From the IMG/VR virus record IMGVR_UViG_3300031992_000011: 64,000 nucleotides of DNA, one strand, 5' to 3'. Below, piece after piece: positions 18,338 through 29,216 of this stretch (its first letter is position 1; the number at the start of each line of letters is the position of its first letter). This DNA is from a virus (taxonomy: Duplodnaviria; Caudoviricetes). The position numbers were made by a program, and so were the translations under genes. The notes under the pieces are model-generated. The model saw only the letters and a list, made by a program, of their open reading frames with translations, ran no database searches and was not told the origin of the DNA.

Positions 18338-21300
18338 ATGGAAAACAACAAATACAGACTTCAAATACGTTCGCACAAGGAACTGTTCCCGACCAAAGAA
18401 GCCGCGATAAGCTACCTTGAGACTGGAAGGGACTGCTTCCTGAACACGGCGAAATTCGGTGAACCGGCACTGGTTTTCTACGGTGACGACCCGGACAGTC
18501 CGAAGATGCTCGTGGCGGTCGGAAGCACAATTCCGGACAACGGAAGACTGTCACTGTCATACATTGACGACAGCGAACTCCGAGAGATGATTTCTCATGT
18601 CGAAGAAGAGTTGGGTTCTTCATCAGAAGAGGTCGAAAGGCTCAAAGAAAAGACAGAGAAACTCGACGACATGCTGATGGACGTCGTCGGCGCTACCGGT
18701 CTCACGTACGACCCGAACAAGATCGAGGACCAGATAACATATGAGCCGGAAGACCGCCGCGACCCAATCATAGGTGACGCAGAAACACTCGCGAAAGCGG
18801 TCGGCCTGCTCTCGGAGCGGATACAGGACGTGGCTTCCGAAGCGGCAACAAGCGTTGAGGACACCACAACAGTCGCAATGTCGAAAAACTCTGACGGTGT
18901 CATATCGTCTGAGGTGAAAATTTGCTCAATCGACACGAACAACCAAGGTTTCGACAACAACATGATCGGTTCTGTCGACGCAGGCGAGAACGGCGGAATA
19001 TACGCCGCGGTCGACCTGTCGTATGACACTGCGTCGAAAAAGCTCAGATTCTCGCGCAGCGGGGTTGAGAACGGGGTGTTCAAAACAGACGCGAATGTCA
19101 AGGAGTTCGACCTTGATTTCGGCGAGCACACGGTGATCGGTGTCGACAACGGAGGAAACACGGTCGAACTTGCTGTCAACGAAGACAATGGTGTGCAGAA
19201 GATATCGGGCAACGTCCGCCTTTCAGGAAGAAACTCGATACAGAAGGACGGTGACGGGGGACTTTTCGTCGACGCGTCGATTTCCGTGAACGAGAACAAC
19301 GACTCACTCATATTCCGCCTCGGAAACACCGAGACTGTCGTTAACCTTCCCGGCGCAGGCGTCTTTGACCGTGCGGAATATGATTCTGTCAACAACGCCA
19401 TCAAGCTGTACTTCCTCGACGGCGAGACGATAACAATACCGCTCGGGAATGTCTTTGACAACATAAACCGCATCGCAGTTGACAACAAACCGTCTGATTC
19501 GGTGACCTTGTCTATTGTCTCCGAAGACGGTAAGGACACGCTGTCAGCGGACACGAAGGTGGCGGTCTCGCCGAAACAGCTGATTGAGAAAAATCCTGAC
19601 AACGGCAATCTGATCGTCAGTTCAGACGTCGTCGCGACAAACGAAAGCGTGTCCTCGGCAGTCGACACGGCAAAGTCTGAACTCATCTCATCAATCCACG
19701 AGGTGAGCGACAAGGTCGACACGACAAAGAATGAACTCGAGACAAAGATACACACTGTAGAGGACAGCGTCACAGAGACAAATCGAAGCGTGGAGACGCT
19801 CTCCGACAGGATCAGCAGCATAGAGAACGACGGCGCTACCGACGCCGAGCTGGCGACCAAGGCAGACAAGACTTACGTCGACTCGAACTTCGTGAAGAAG
19901 TCTGACGTGCTGGCGGAGGTGAGCAATACGTCGGAGAACCCAGTGCAGAGTCGTGTGCTCAGCCAGAAACTCGGTGAAATCAGCGACGGAATGTCCGCCA
20001 CCAATGAATCACTGGAAACTGTACGCCAGCAGCTCGACGCCGCATACAGCAACCTGAATTCGAGGGTAAGCACGAACGAGACCACACTGTCGGACGGTAT
20101 CACTATCGACAAGGTGTCTGAACTTGTGTACGCGCTCAAGATAAACGGCGTAGAAAAGGGAAGAATCAACTTGCCGAAAGACCAGTTCTTCGAGTCAGCG
20201 TCATACGACGCGGGAAATAACGAGATTGTCCTCGTGTTCTTCACAAACGACGGCGAAGGCGAGAGCGTAAGACAGGAAGTCAGGATACCCGTGGGCGACC
20301 TGGTGGACACCTACAACGCCGGCGACGGCCTTTCGTTGTCGGAGAACACATTCTCGGTGAAACTCAACTCACAGAACGAGTCAGAATATCTGAAAGTTTC
20401 CGACGGCGGCCTGATGCTGACCGGCGTGTCGGCGATCAAGTCGCTTGTGGACAACATGTCCGGTGCCATCGACAACATCTCTGAGACTCTCGCAAACAAG
20501 GCGGACAAGACATACGTCGAAAGCTCGCTCGAAGGAAAACAAGACACACTGAACGGAAGCGACACGGTGTCAATCGACAACCGTACGCTGAACGTGAAGG
20601 TCGCGTCCAACAGCGACACCCGTCAGGACAACATGATACGCGTCGTCGACGGCGAAGGACTTTACGCAAACGTCACGATACGCGTCGACAAGGAAGCAAA
20701 CAAACTGTACTACCGCACAAGCGGGACGGAGGGCGAATACAGTGTCGATCTTCCGGAAGCGCCCGGAGTGAGCGTCGTCAAGTCCGCGTCGTATGACCCT
20801 GCGACCAAGAAACTCACCATCATATTCGACACAGACGCCGGCGGTGAGGGGACACCGATAGTCATCGACATGACAAGTCTCGTCGCCGACATAGACGACA
20901 AGGTGGACGCCATAAACGACAAGGTGGACAACTTGAGGATACCTATCGACAACTTCTACGGTGGGGCGGTAAAGACGGTGACACCAGGCTCGATATCCGT
21001 CAACTCGAGCGAGGCGTTCGGAATCGACGCAAGCAGACTTGTGTCCAATGACGCAGTGTCCAACAACTGCATCGCATATGACCCTAACGTGAACGGACTC
21101 TATGTCGAGGACAAGTGGTCTGAGAAAATCAACGGTTTCGACGCGAGGATATCGGCGCTTGAGGCGAGTATCGAGAACTTCGTCGGAGGGTACTCGGACA
21201 AGATCGACAAGATGTGGAAGACGCTTTACGGCGAGAACGGCAACCCGTCGAATCCGGAGACTAACTCTCTCGTGTACAACCTGTACAACAACTTACTCGA

Positions 21301-21376
21301 CTTCAACGACACTACCGGTAACTGGGTTGTGGACGACGAAGACACAGTCCACACAAGCGACGGAGAGGTGTTCTGA
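18338..21376 (+). CDS. Long tail-fibre-like protein (~1010 aa)
   Basis: Repeated (A/S)xYD...L.F..I.. beta units, two KADKTYV repeats, YNAGDGLSL..FSVKL and coiled-coil stretches. Confidence 0.65.
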   Translation: MENNKYRLQIRSHKELFPTKEAAISYLETGRDCFLNTAKFGEPALVFYGDDPDSPKMLVAVGSTIPDNGRLSLSYIDDSELREMISHVEEELGSSSEEVERLKEKTEKLDDMLMDVVGATGLTYDPNKIEDQITYEPEDRRDPIIGDAETLAKAVGLLSERIQDVASEAATSVEDTTTVAMSKNSDGVISSEVKICSIDTNNQGFDNNMIGSVDAGENGGIYAAVDLSYDTASKKLRFSRSGVENGVFKTDANVKEFDLDFGEHTVIGVDNGGNTVELAVNEDNGVQKISGNVRLSGRNSIQKDGDGGLFVDASISVNENNDSLIFRLGNTETVVNLPGAGVFDRAEYDSVNNAIKLYFLDGETITIPLGNVFDNINRIAVDNKPSDSVTLSIVSEDGKDTLSADTKVAVSPKQLIEKNPDNGNLIVSSDVVATNESVSSAVDTAKSELISSIHEVSDKVDTTKNELETKIHTVEDSVTETNRSVETLSDRISSIENDGATDAELATKADKTYVDSNFVKKSDVLAEVSNTSENPVQSRVLSQKLGEISDGMSATNESLETVRQQLDAAYSNLNSRVSTNETTLSDGITIDKVSELVYALKINGVEKGRINLPKDQFFESASYDAGNNEIVLVFFTNDGEGESVRQEVRIPVGDLVDTYNAGDGLSLSENTFSVKLNSQNESEYLKVSDGGLMLTGVSAIKSLVDNMSGAIDNISETLANKADKTYVESSLEGKQDTLNGSDTVSIDNRTLNVKVASNSDTRQDNMIRVVDGEGLYANVTIRVDKEANKLYYRTSGTEGEYSVDLPEAPGVSVVKSASYDPATKKLTIIFDTDAGGEGTPIVIDMTSLVADIDDKVDAINDKVDNLRIPIDNFYGGAVKTVTPGSISVNSSEAFGIDASRLVSNDAVSNNCIAYDPNVNGLYVEDKWSEKINGFDARISALEASIENFVGGYSDKIDKMWKTLYGENGNPSNPETNSLVYNLYNNLLDFNDTTGNWVVDDEDTVHTSDGEVF

Positions 21377-21406
21377 TTGACTTAGACTACTTTTTACGGT
21401 AAAGTT

Positions 21407-21437
21407 GGCGGCGCCGGAGAAAAAAATCCGGGCCGCC
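21407..21437 (+). terminator. GC-rich hairpin between fibre genes
   Basis: GGCGGCGCCGGA...TCCGGGCCGCC. No U-tract, so it may be a processing or stability hairpin. Confidence 0.4.
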
Positions 21438-21495
21438 ATCATCGAACAAGATATTTATATTGGAAAGATAACAAACTAAACCAATTAATATTAAT

Positions 21496-23343
21496 ATGGC
21501 AGCAGCAAGAGTTTTACAACTTCTTAGAAGCACAACAATTTATGACACTTTCGAACTCGCAGCGAGCGCGTTGAGAGGTCTGCAAGGTCGTAAAGACGGT
21601 GAGATCGTGTTGGCGAGGTACACACCTGTGACTGTAAACGGTGTCACAGTCGACACAGCAATCGGCGTATATCACGTTGCCGGCAATACCACAACATGCA
21701 CCGTCTTCCAAAGTTCGACAGAAATAGCGAAGAGACTGGACGACATTCAGTCGGAACTTGACGACACACAGACCGGTGCCGGTCTTGGTACTGATGGTTC
21801 TTATACCGTACCGGAAGAGAATGAGGCCGGTTTTGAGGTTCTCGGTGGTCAGAATGCCCCTGACAATCTCTATGATGCCATCATGAAACTGGCCGACGAG
21901 ATCGCCGGTATGGACTACTCATATAACACGAATGCCAGTGATACAACCGCAAGCGCGGCCGTGAACGACCGTTCAAAGGTTATCGCGTCAATCAGCGAGG
22001 TCAACGGTGACATCACTGTGGGCAGCACAGCGGCTAAGGACCTTCTCTTGACCAATTATACAAATGACGGCACAACCAATACAGGTTCAATCGTTCCTGC
22101 CGATACTGTCGAGAAGGCGTTTAACAAATTGGAGAACAAGGTTGGTGCGAACAAAATCACAAATGCAGACGGCTCAATCACTGTTACAGAACCTACCGGT
22201 TCCGCAACAACCACTGACATCAACGTCAACATAAAGACAGGTGAGAAGGTACTTCACAAGGATGGAAACGAAGGTCTGTGGACTGACATCAAGATCCAGA
22301 AGGTCATACCGACCGGAACTGCTGGCACTGACGAGATTCTCGACACGAATCTTGGTGCCAACGTCCGTGAGGCTTATCGACTGATGTCAAATAACGGAAG
22401 CGGAACCTATGTGCAACTTGGTAAGGATATCAATGTCTACAAGGACAGTTCTCTCATCAGTGTCCAACTCGGTACAATGGGAGACACACTCACCAACGAG
22501 GACGCAAACCAGAAGTCAGATGTTTCGACAATCGTTCCGGGTACAGGCGACGACGCTCTCGTGTTCGTGTACTACCTCGGTGACGAGAACAAGTACCAGA
22601 GGGCATCTATCAACGTCGAGAGTTTCCTGACAGATTCTGAATACGGTATCGGTCTTGCTGTAGAATCTGACGGAGCCGCCACAAACAGCAAGCGTGTCTA
22701 TGTCAAGAAAGACACAAATTCGGAGCAGGTTATCACTGCGTACAGCGAGAGTGGTAACACTACAGCAGATGTTCTCACAATAGGCAATGATGGTGTCAAG
22801 GTAGCGAACATCCAGGCCGCTATTGACGCTGCCGTCGGAAGGGCGCAGACAACAATCAATACCACCGTCAACAAGTCAGGTGAGACTGTTGCGGATCCTC
22901 ACATCTCGATAGCGGAGACAACTGCGGACAACGGTTCGAAGAGTTACACATTCTCAGAGACCGACATCGATTCACAGGCGAGGGCGATCGCTGCCGAGAA
23001 GGTTCTTTCTGATTCAATCAACGGAACCGGTTCTTACAACGAGACAACCGGCGTCGCCACCCCATACGCTTCACCCGCTAACGCGACATACGCAAATACA
23101 AACAATGTAAAGGGTGACATCGCCGCACTTGATGCAGCAGCCGCTGACGGTCTTAATTTGGTCACAAGCGCGAATAAAGCGATTGTCGTTGGCGCAAAGG
23201 AAAACAAGCAACAGGAACTCACACTGACACTTGACACTACGACGCAAGGAACTGGCATGGAGTTGACAAGCGTGGACAACGCTCTCACAATCACCAACGC
23301 CGGACTGTTCCTCTCAAACACTTGGGACTGTGGCACGTACTAA
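21496..23343 (+). CDS. Thr/Ala/Asn-rich tail-fibre-like structural protein (615 aa)
   Basis: ELDDTQTGAGLGTDGSY motif, C-terminal WDCGTY, TATTTA at 21452-21457. Confidence 0.65.
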   Translation: MAAARVLQLLRSTTIYDTFELAASALRGLQGRKDGEIVLARYTPVTVNGVTVDTAIGVYHVAGNTTTCTVFQSSTEIAKRLDDIQSELDDTQTGAGLGTDGSYTVPEENEAGFEVLGGQNAPDNLYDAIMKLADEIAGMDYSYNTNASDTTASAAVNDRSKVIASISEVNGDITVGSTAAKDLLLTNYTNDGTTNTGSIVPADTVEKAFNKLENKVGANKITNADGSITVTEPTGSATTTDINVNIKTGEKVLHKDGNEGLWTDIKIQKVIPTGTAGTDEILDTNLGANVREAYRLMSNNGSGTYVQLGKDINVYKDSSLISVQLGTMGDTLTNEDANQKSDVSTIVPGTGDDALVFVYYLGDENKYQRASINVESFLTDSEYGIGLAVESDGAATNSKRVYVKKDTNSEQVITAYSESGNTTADVLTIGNDGVKVANIQAAIDAAVGRAQTTINTTVNKSGETVADPHISIAETTADNGSKSYTFSETDIDSQARAIAAEKVLSDSINGTGSYNETTGVATPYASPANATYANTNNVKGDIAALDAAAADGLNLVTSANKAIVVGAKENKQQELTLTLDTTTQGTGMELTSVDNALTITNAGLFLSNTWDCGTY

Positions 23344-23368
23344 TCAGTACTCATCAATTCGGCAATAT

Positions 23369-23396
23369 AAAACGAGGGGCGAAAACCCCTCGTTTT
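23369..23396. terminator. Bidirectional intrinsic terminator
   Basis: AAAACGAGGGG-CGAAAA-CCCCTCGTTTT between convergent genes. Confidence 0.85.
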
Positions 23397-23429
23397 GTTG
23401 TTTATTGTTCCCCTTTTTTGGTGCTATTG

Positions 23430-24233
23430 CTAATCAATCCACGGGAACTCCCTGACTATGGCGTTGACGAAGTGGAACTTCTGCAGTTTCTTCATCGCGA
23501 TGCACCTGACCTCCGAGCGCCAGTCGTGTGTCCTGATGAAGTCCACAACTTTTTCCCGTCCTCTCAAATTGTCGTCCACCTTTATCTTGTACTCCGCGGA
23601 GTATCTCTCGCCGTCCGAAAGTATCTTGCCGCAGCTTCCGTCACCCCAAAGGCACACGCGCACATCGAACGGCGCGTCGTCATACCCATTCGAATCATTC
23701 CGCACGAAGTTCACTCGCTTGAGGTTGGTCTTTGGCCTTTCGTTTGTTCCTCCTCCCTCAGGCCGCCTGTACACGTTGAAGCAGCAGTGCAGTTTGCGTC
23801 CGCTGTATGTCTCTTCGCCGAGGTCGATCGACTCTATCAGGTCGAATTCGTACAGCGACTGTGTGTTCCATAGTTGGCTGATAGGAAGTATCATCGCCAC
23901 GTAGTCACCGCACGATACAGCCTTCTTGAAGAATTTCTGCGCCAGGTTCATCCGGCTGCCGTAAGGAGGGTTTCCGAGCGTGAGCCGTCCCTTCTTGTAC
24001 GGCATCTCATATGACAGGTAGTCGGCTTCTATGACGCGTGGGTCGTCAGTTTCCGGTCTGATGTCAATCCCTATGTCCACGCGCACGTTGTCGCTGTGCA
24101 TGAACGCTCCGTCACCGCAGCTTGGTTCCACGACCTCTGTGACCGCGCCCATGTCAACGCACGCTGTCAGTATGCCGAGACATCTGTCCACGACATGACT
24201 CGGTGTGTAGTATTTGTCGTCATTCAGTTTCAT
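23430..24233 (-). CDS. DNA N6-adenine methyltransferase
   Basis: DKYYTP, VEPSCGDGAF (SAM binding) and GNPPYG (catalytic). Start at MKLNDD; host-type -7 element TATCTTTG at 24254-24261. Confidence 0.85.
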   Translation of the reverse strand: MKLNDDKYYTPSHVVDRCLGILTACVDMGAVTEVVEPSCGDGAFMHSDNVRVDIGIDIRPETDDPRVIEADYLSYEMPYKKGRLTLGNPPYGSRMNLAQKFFKKAVSCGDYVAMILPISQLWNTQSLYEFDLIESIDLGEETYSGRKLHCCFNVYRRPEGGGTNERPKTNLKRVNFVRNDSNGYDDAPFDVRVCLWGDGSCGKILSDGERYSAEYKIKVDDNLRGREKVVDFIRTHDWRSEVRCIAMKKLQKFHFVNAIVREFPWID

Positions 24234-24317
24234 ATGCTCAAAAATTTTTACTGCAAAGATAAAGAAAATTATTGACACTGAAAAGTTAAATTATATTTAT
24301 ATGAAAATATCATCTAT

Positions 24318-24788
24318 ATGTACAAAAGAAGGAGTGTGACGTTAAGTGAAAGTCGTCTCAGACGTCTTATCTCAGAGGCGGTCAGAAAAGCACTGACGGA
24401 GAGTAATGAGGACACCAGATGGTACAACAATCAGGAGTCGGATCCCGGTGTCGGCAGTGAGTTGGATTTTTCTCCGCAGTTGTGGACAGAAATCAGATTC
24501 GTGCAGGGCGGAGATGATGACTACGAGGAAATTGACCGTATGTTCTGCGGCGACGATGATGTGTACTGTGAGGGCAACTCGCAGCCTGTGATAGAGTATT
24601 TGGCGCAGTGGGATGACGGCGAGGGAAACGTCGTCGAGGACGAGCCGAGGATAGCGAGGAACGACACCGTTTACGATGACGAGAACGGAGAATACATATT
24701 AAGGTACAACTCGTCGGTAGGTGGATGTTACCTGCTCTACAGGAAAGCGTCACCGCAAGAAGTTGACTGGTATCAGAACAATCGTTGA
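24318..24788 (+). CDS. Acidic hypothetical protein with LxE leader
   Basis: VTLSESRLRRLISEAVRKALTES; TATTTA at 24294-24299. Confidence 0.8.
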   Translation: MYKRRSVTLSESRLRRLISEAVRKALTESNEDTRWYNNQESDPGVGSELDFSPQLWTEIRFVQGGDDDYEEIDRMFCGDDDVYCEGNSQPVIEYLAQWDDGEGNVVEDEPRIARNDTVYDDENGEYILRYNSSVGGCYLLYRKASPQEVDWYQNNR

Positions 24789-24810
24789 CACACAACGTTT
24801 TAAGAGAGTA

Positions 24811-24846
24811 TCTGCATCGTTTTAGGTAACATTAAAACGATGCAGA
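24811..24846. terminator. Hairpin between convergent genes
   Basis: TCTGCATCGTTTTA-N8-TAAAACGATGCAGA, perfect 14-bp stem. Confidence 0.7.
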
Positions 24847-24876
24847 ACTGTTAAAATGAGTCTACTGCACGTTCTT

Positions 24877-25731
24877 TCAATAGTTGGTTACAAGCACCTC
24901 GTCAGCGCCTCCCCTGTCCTTCCTGTGGTAAGAGCTGTTGCTGTATGAGTTGTTCAGATGATGCACGTTGTATCTTTCGGACCACACGGAGAGTATCTCA
25001 TTGGTCTTCCCCTTGCTCTGCAGTGCGTTCGACAACGCGAACTTTATCCCTTTTTCGTCGAGACAGTCGAGCAGGGACAGAAGTTTTCTCTCGCACGTTT
25101 CGTTCCATCCGCCGTTCTCGTTGTATGTGGCGCATGTTATCAGATATGGCGGGTCGCAGTACACGAAATCATCGTTTCCGAGTTTGTCGAGTTTGAGCTC
25201 GCCGAAGTCCTTGCATGTGAACATAACGTCCATACTTGTTATTCTCTTGTGAAACTCCGTCAGGTTTTTTCTGATGGCGTCGTTGAACTTGCTCCGGTTC
25301 TTTCCGAACGGCATGTTGAATCCTCCGTCCTTGTTGAACCTTATCTGGTGGTTGAACGAGTAGCATATGAGCACAAACAGGTCTAACGGGTCTTTCTCCG
25401 TAGAGTTGTTGTAATCTGACCTGAATCTCAGGTATGCATCCGAGTCCGTCATGGTCAGGCCATATTCCTCTATTCTACTGTCCACGCGCCCTATCACCTC
25501 GTCAATGCTTAGTGACTTGAACTTGTTGTATATGCCGATAACGCCGTTATCAGCGTCGTTGGCTACAATTCTGTCCGCCGTGACGTTCACCGCCACATTC
25601 CCGCCTCCCGTGAAAAGGTCGACAAACATTCTCACCTTGTCCGGGAATAGCGGCAATATCTGCTTGAGCAGTTTATATTTCCCGCCGGTGTAGTTCATCG
25701 GCGATTTTACTAATTTTTCCGGTATTGTCAT
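24877..25731 (-). CDS. dam: Dam-family (D12 class) DNA adenine methyltransferase
   Basis: SPMNYTGGKYKL, FVDLFTGGG, RFNKDGGFNMPFG, YCDPPY and EVLVTNY. Confidence 0.92.
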   Translation of the reverse strand: MTIPEKLVKSPMNYTGGKYKLLKQILPLFPDKVRMFVDLFTGGGNVAVNVTADRIVANDADNGVIGIYNKFKSLSIDEVIGRVDSRIEEYGLTMTDSDAYLRFRSDYNNSTEKDPLDLFVLICYSFNHQIRFNKDGGFNMPFGKNRSKFNDAIRKNLTEFHKRITSMDVMFTCKDFGELKLDKLGNDDFVYCDPPYLITCATYNENGGWNETCERKLLSLLDCLDEKGIKFALSNALQSKGKTNEILSVWSERYNVHHLNNSYSNSSYHRKDRGGADEVLVTNY

Positions 25732-25746
25732 GTTTCGAAAAATTTT

Positions 25747-28700
25747 TCATTCATAAGAGAAGTCACTGAAATCCTTGTCGAGGATGTCGAACAGGTTGCC
25801 AATCACGACACCGTGTTTCCTTGATATGAAATTGTTTGTGCTCGGGTCCTCGTCTACAATGTCCGCGATGCATTTCGGCAGTATGCCTTCTTCAATCAGA
25901 GAATCAACGTCGGTTCGCTTGAGCGAGGCAATTGCCTTGTTGTACTTCTCAATCTCCTCTTTGACCTCATCTGATTTGAGTCGTTCCATGCGTTCGGTGT
26001 AGTCTTGTTTTATTTCGTTCCAGTCCATGCCTATCTCACGCCAATACGGAGGTTCTTCGTTTATTGACGTCCAAAACTTTATCTCCTTATCCTCCATCGT
26101 CATCAGCTGTTCGTACGTGTCTTGGTCGGATGCGCTCAGAGGAAAACCGCTGACGAGCCTTGTTTCCTCTTCGGTGAATGCCCTCCTGTCCTTCGGATCG
26201 GTTATAAGTATGTTGCTGACCTCCTTTCCCTTGTCGTTTATCCGTGACCTGACCTCAGGGGCGAAACAGACAAGCAGCGTTGATATGCGGCTGTTGAACA
26301 TGTCGACATACTTCGCGACATTGTATTCAAACATGTCGTCGCAGTAATGCTCTTCCTCGTCCTCAACGATGTTGTTCGGAAGAAGCACGCAGTTGAACAC
26401 AATCTCGTCCTCCTCGGACACCGGCACACCGTAATGTTTCCTTCCCCACTGGGTTATTTCCATGGATTTCACTGACGGGTCCGCCTTTTTCGCCTTATTG
26501 TACAGTCGCTCAATCTCACGCGTGACCTCAACCTTTCCGCCACCGTCCGAAGGTATGAAGTATCGCGTCACGCGTTTCACGTCACTGTCTGATTTCTTCT
26601 TGCCGGTGTTGATGTAGTATATGGAGTCACCCATGTTCACGTCAAGACCCTCCTTTATTGCGAGCTCGTACCACGCCTGCCGCGACTTCTTCGTGCCCGC
26701 CTTTGTGCGCTGAAGGCATGCCTCCTTGTATGCCTTTATGCTCGTCTTTATCTTGCCGACAGTGGCGATATCCTTCAGTGGTATGCGGAGATTGTATATG
26801 TCCTCGAGATAGTCGTAGTAGTATTCTATGAAGTCGTGCCCGCGGTTCTCAAGCAGCATGCGTATCGCCTTGTCGAGGAATTTCTCGATATATTTCGGCA
26901 TCTTCTTGGACTTGATGCTGTTTCCGACAAGTTTGACTGACCCGTCGTCAAGAAGGTCAGAGTATACCTTCCGCCGGTAGTTCGCCGAAGCAGGGACGAA
27001 CTCGTCAATTCCGAGACCCATCTTGTTGACGCCGTCATAGTACTTGTTGTTCAAGAAAAGGTCCTCGAACTCGCATACGTCGGCCTCGACGCCGGTGTAT
27101 TCCTTCCCCTTCACACTGTTGCGTCCGAGACCCTTGCCGATGTATGGGTTGTCGTCTGTGTATCTGAAAGAGTCCGGCATCTTGAAGTTGAAACCGTCGG
27201 TGTCCCCCACGATAGGTTCGTATCCAAGATTCTTGAAATGATGTATCATCAGTCTGAGGCACTGTCTGCCTATCGTCGTCGTTTTCTCCGCAGCGACAAT
27301 GTCACTGAATGGGAACACGGAACCTGAACCGAATGAACCGAAAAATCCGTTACAAATCACCTTCTGTGCCGCCTGAAGTCCGTCATAGAAGGTGGATTTC
27401 GCCGCGTCGCCCAATTTTGCGTACTTTTTCTTCAGACCCTTGTTGTGTTCGCGCTGGTCGAGCATGTAACCGAGAAGCATCAGCATCACGTCGTCTATGT
27501 CGGCCTCGGCCTTGATGTTGAAGGACAGCAGAATCGACGGATAAAGACTGTTGTAGTCAAGTTTCACAACATTGTCGACAAAACCGACCTTGAGAAGTCT
27601 TGACAGTCCGCCCGTGAACGGTCTGCTGTCGATGAGTCTCGGTATCGCCGAGTCGTGCTGATAGTACCATGCGAGCATGATATATTTCCACACGGCCGCT
27701 GTTCCCATTGTGCAAACCTTGTCGTATGACACCGGCAGAAGTTTGCTGACGAAGTAGTTCGTGGTGTTGTACTGAAGTTCGACCTTGTCCGTCTCCCAAA
27801 GGTCGTCCAGCAGGTATCTCTGAACGATGTACCGACCGGTAACCCAAGTGAATTTCTCGCCCGTCTCCTTGTCCGTCGCGCCGTCATAATCCGTTGTATA
27901 TCTGTCCCTCATGCTGTCGCTGAACCTGAACCAGTGCCCATTCTCGTCATTGAACGCATACACACGTTGTTCGTCCGACCATGTCTCGTTGATTATCTTG
28001 CCGGGCACGTACACCCTGTTTTTCTTGGCTATTCCCGAGTACTTCGTCACGTATTTCAGTGAGGCCGACTTCATGTTGCTGTTGATTGCCATGGCCCTTC
28101 TGACCGCAAACAGCGAGTCGGTCAGATGGTATCCCCACATGATTGTCGGGTTGTAGTACTCCATCTCTCCGCCGAGTTTGAGAACCTTAGGCTTCGACTT
28201 CTTGTACACTCCCTTGGGGAAGTAAGGGTCTCCGAACTCATTGAGACCTCCACACCCGTTCACCATCAGTCTGACGTCGATGAAGTTCCAGTCGAAGTTC
28301 TCGACGTTGTGGCCTGTGATGATGTCCGGTTGTATCTGTTTGATTATCGTGAAGAATTCCTTGACGGCAAGAACTTCGTTTTCATGCTTTTCATCCGCAG
28401 TTCCGCCTGACACTGTTATGATTTTTTCAAACCCCTTGTTTGTGCGTATTCCTATCTGGTCGATGGTGTCATGTTCCGGATCGAGACCGCTTGTCTCGAG
28501 GTCGAACTCCAACCTCACAAGGTCGTCATAATTGTCGTATCCCTTGAACTGTCGCTTGCCGGTTGATATCATGTACTGTTCGACAGGGGAGACGGATATG
28601 TAGTTCCTGACCTTGTCGTCGTCGCTGTACACGGGCACGCCCCCTTTCTCGAAGAACGACATGAACTCGCTGTAGGTCATCGCGGTCTTTGCGAAGAACA

Positions 28701-29031
28701 TCAGGTTGTATCCGTTCTGTGTCCGTTCAGGCACCGTCCCGTCACGGCGCGCTGTCTTGAGTGACCTCACACCGATGTGCATTGACCTCATTTTCTCGAT
28801 TATCTCCGTGCGGTTTCCGCGATACAGACGTCTTGCCGCGTCCTGCCTCGCCCACAGGAACGGAAGGAACGCCTCCTTCTTGACGCGCTTCACGCCTTTG
28901 TCGTCGCGGTAGATGATTGACACCTTGTCGTCGTTGTAACCGCACTCGAACTTGATGATGTGCTCCATCGGGTCGGTGCCGGCGAAGAATTCGTCTATCT
29001 GCTGTTTTAACGTCACATTCTCGTTTTCCAT
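25747..29031 (-). CDS. Family B DNA polymerase with 3'-5' exonuclease domain
   Basis: FDLETSG (ExoI), GHNVENFDW (ExoII), LDYNSLYPS (motif A), QKVICNGFFG (motif B) and GDTDG (motif C). Start at MENENV. Confidence 0.95.
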   Translation of the reverse strand: MENENVTLKQQIDEFFAGTDPMEHIIKFECGYNDDKVSIIYRDDKGVKRVKKEAFLPFLWARQDAARRLYRGNRTEIIEKMRSMHIGVRSLKTARRDGTVPERTQNGYNLMFFAKTAMTYSEFMSFFEKGGVPVYSDDDKVRNYISVSPVEQYMISTGKRQFKGYDNYDDLVRLEFDLETSGLDPEHDTIDQIGIRTNKGFEKIITVSGGTADEKHENEVLAVKEFFTIIKQIQPDIITGHNVENFDWNFIDVRLMVNGCGGLNEFGDPYFPKGVYKKSKPKVLKLGGEMEYYNPTIMWGYHLTDSLFAVRRAMAINSNMKSASLKYVTKYSGIAKKNRVYVPGKIINETWSDEQRVYAFNDENGHWFRFSDSMRDRYTTDYDGATDKETGEKFTWVTGRYIVQRYLLDDLWETDKVELQYNTTNYFVSKLLPVSYDKVCTMGTAAVWKYIMLAWYYQHDSAIPRLIDSRPFTGGLSRLLKVGFVDNVVKLDYNSLYPSILLSFNIKAEADIDDVMLMLLGYMLDQREHNKGLKKKYAKLGDAAKSTFYDGLQAAQKVICNGFFGSFGSGSVFPFSDIVAAEKTTTIGRQCLRLMIHHFKNLGYEPIVGDTDGFNFKMPDSFRYTDDNPYIGKGLGRNSVKGKEYTGVEADVCEFEDLFLNNKYYDGVNKMGLGIDEFVPASANYRRKVYSDLLDDGSVKLVGNSIKSKKMPKYIEKFLDKAIRMLLENRGHDFIEYYYDYLEDIYNLRIPLKDIATVGKIKTSIKAYKEACLQRTKAGTKKSRQAWYELAIKEGLDVNMGDSIYYINTGKKKSDSDVKRVTRYFIPSDGGGKVEVTREIERLYNKAKKADPSVKSMEITQWGRKHYGVPVSEEDEIVFNCVLLPNNIVEDEEEHYCDDMFEYNVAKYVDMFNSRISTLLVCFAPEVRSRINDKGKEVSNILITDPKDRRAFTEEETRLVSGFPLSASDQDTYEQLMTMEDKEIKFWTSINEEPPYWREIGMDWNEIKQDYTERMERLKSDEVKEEIEKYNKAIASLKRTDVDSLIEEGILPKCIADIVDEDPSTNNFISRKHGVVIGNLFDILDKDFSDFSYE

Positions 29032-29096
29032 AATGTCGATAGTTGTTTGGTACCTGCAGCCGCACAAATACGGCATCGGTCATTATACTTTTTCCG

Positions 29097-29129
29097 CAAA
29101 ATTAATCGTTTTATCCGTAACGACACAAA
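29097..29129 (-). promoter_or_regulatory. Bacteroidota housekeeping-type promoter for DNA polymerase
   Basis: TTTG-N21-TAATTTTG. Confidence 0.75.
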
Positions 29130-29216
29130 CACTTTCTGTCATTTTAATGTTTTTTAACTATCTCTGGCAAAAAATGAAGAATATCAATGATACGGTGCTT
29201 TGCCATATTTACAGGT

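Noticed and set aside
18595-19869. Long antisense ORFs (for example the 424-aa one here and many others in the track)
   Set aside because: They are Ser-rich shadow frames opposite real genes, explained by codon bias, with no promoter or motif support.
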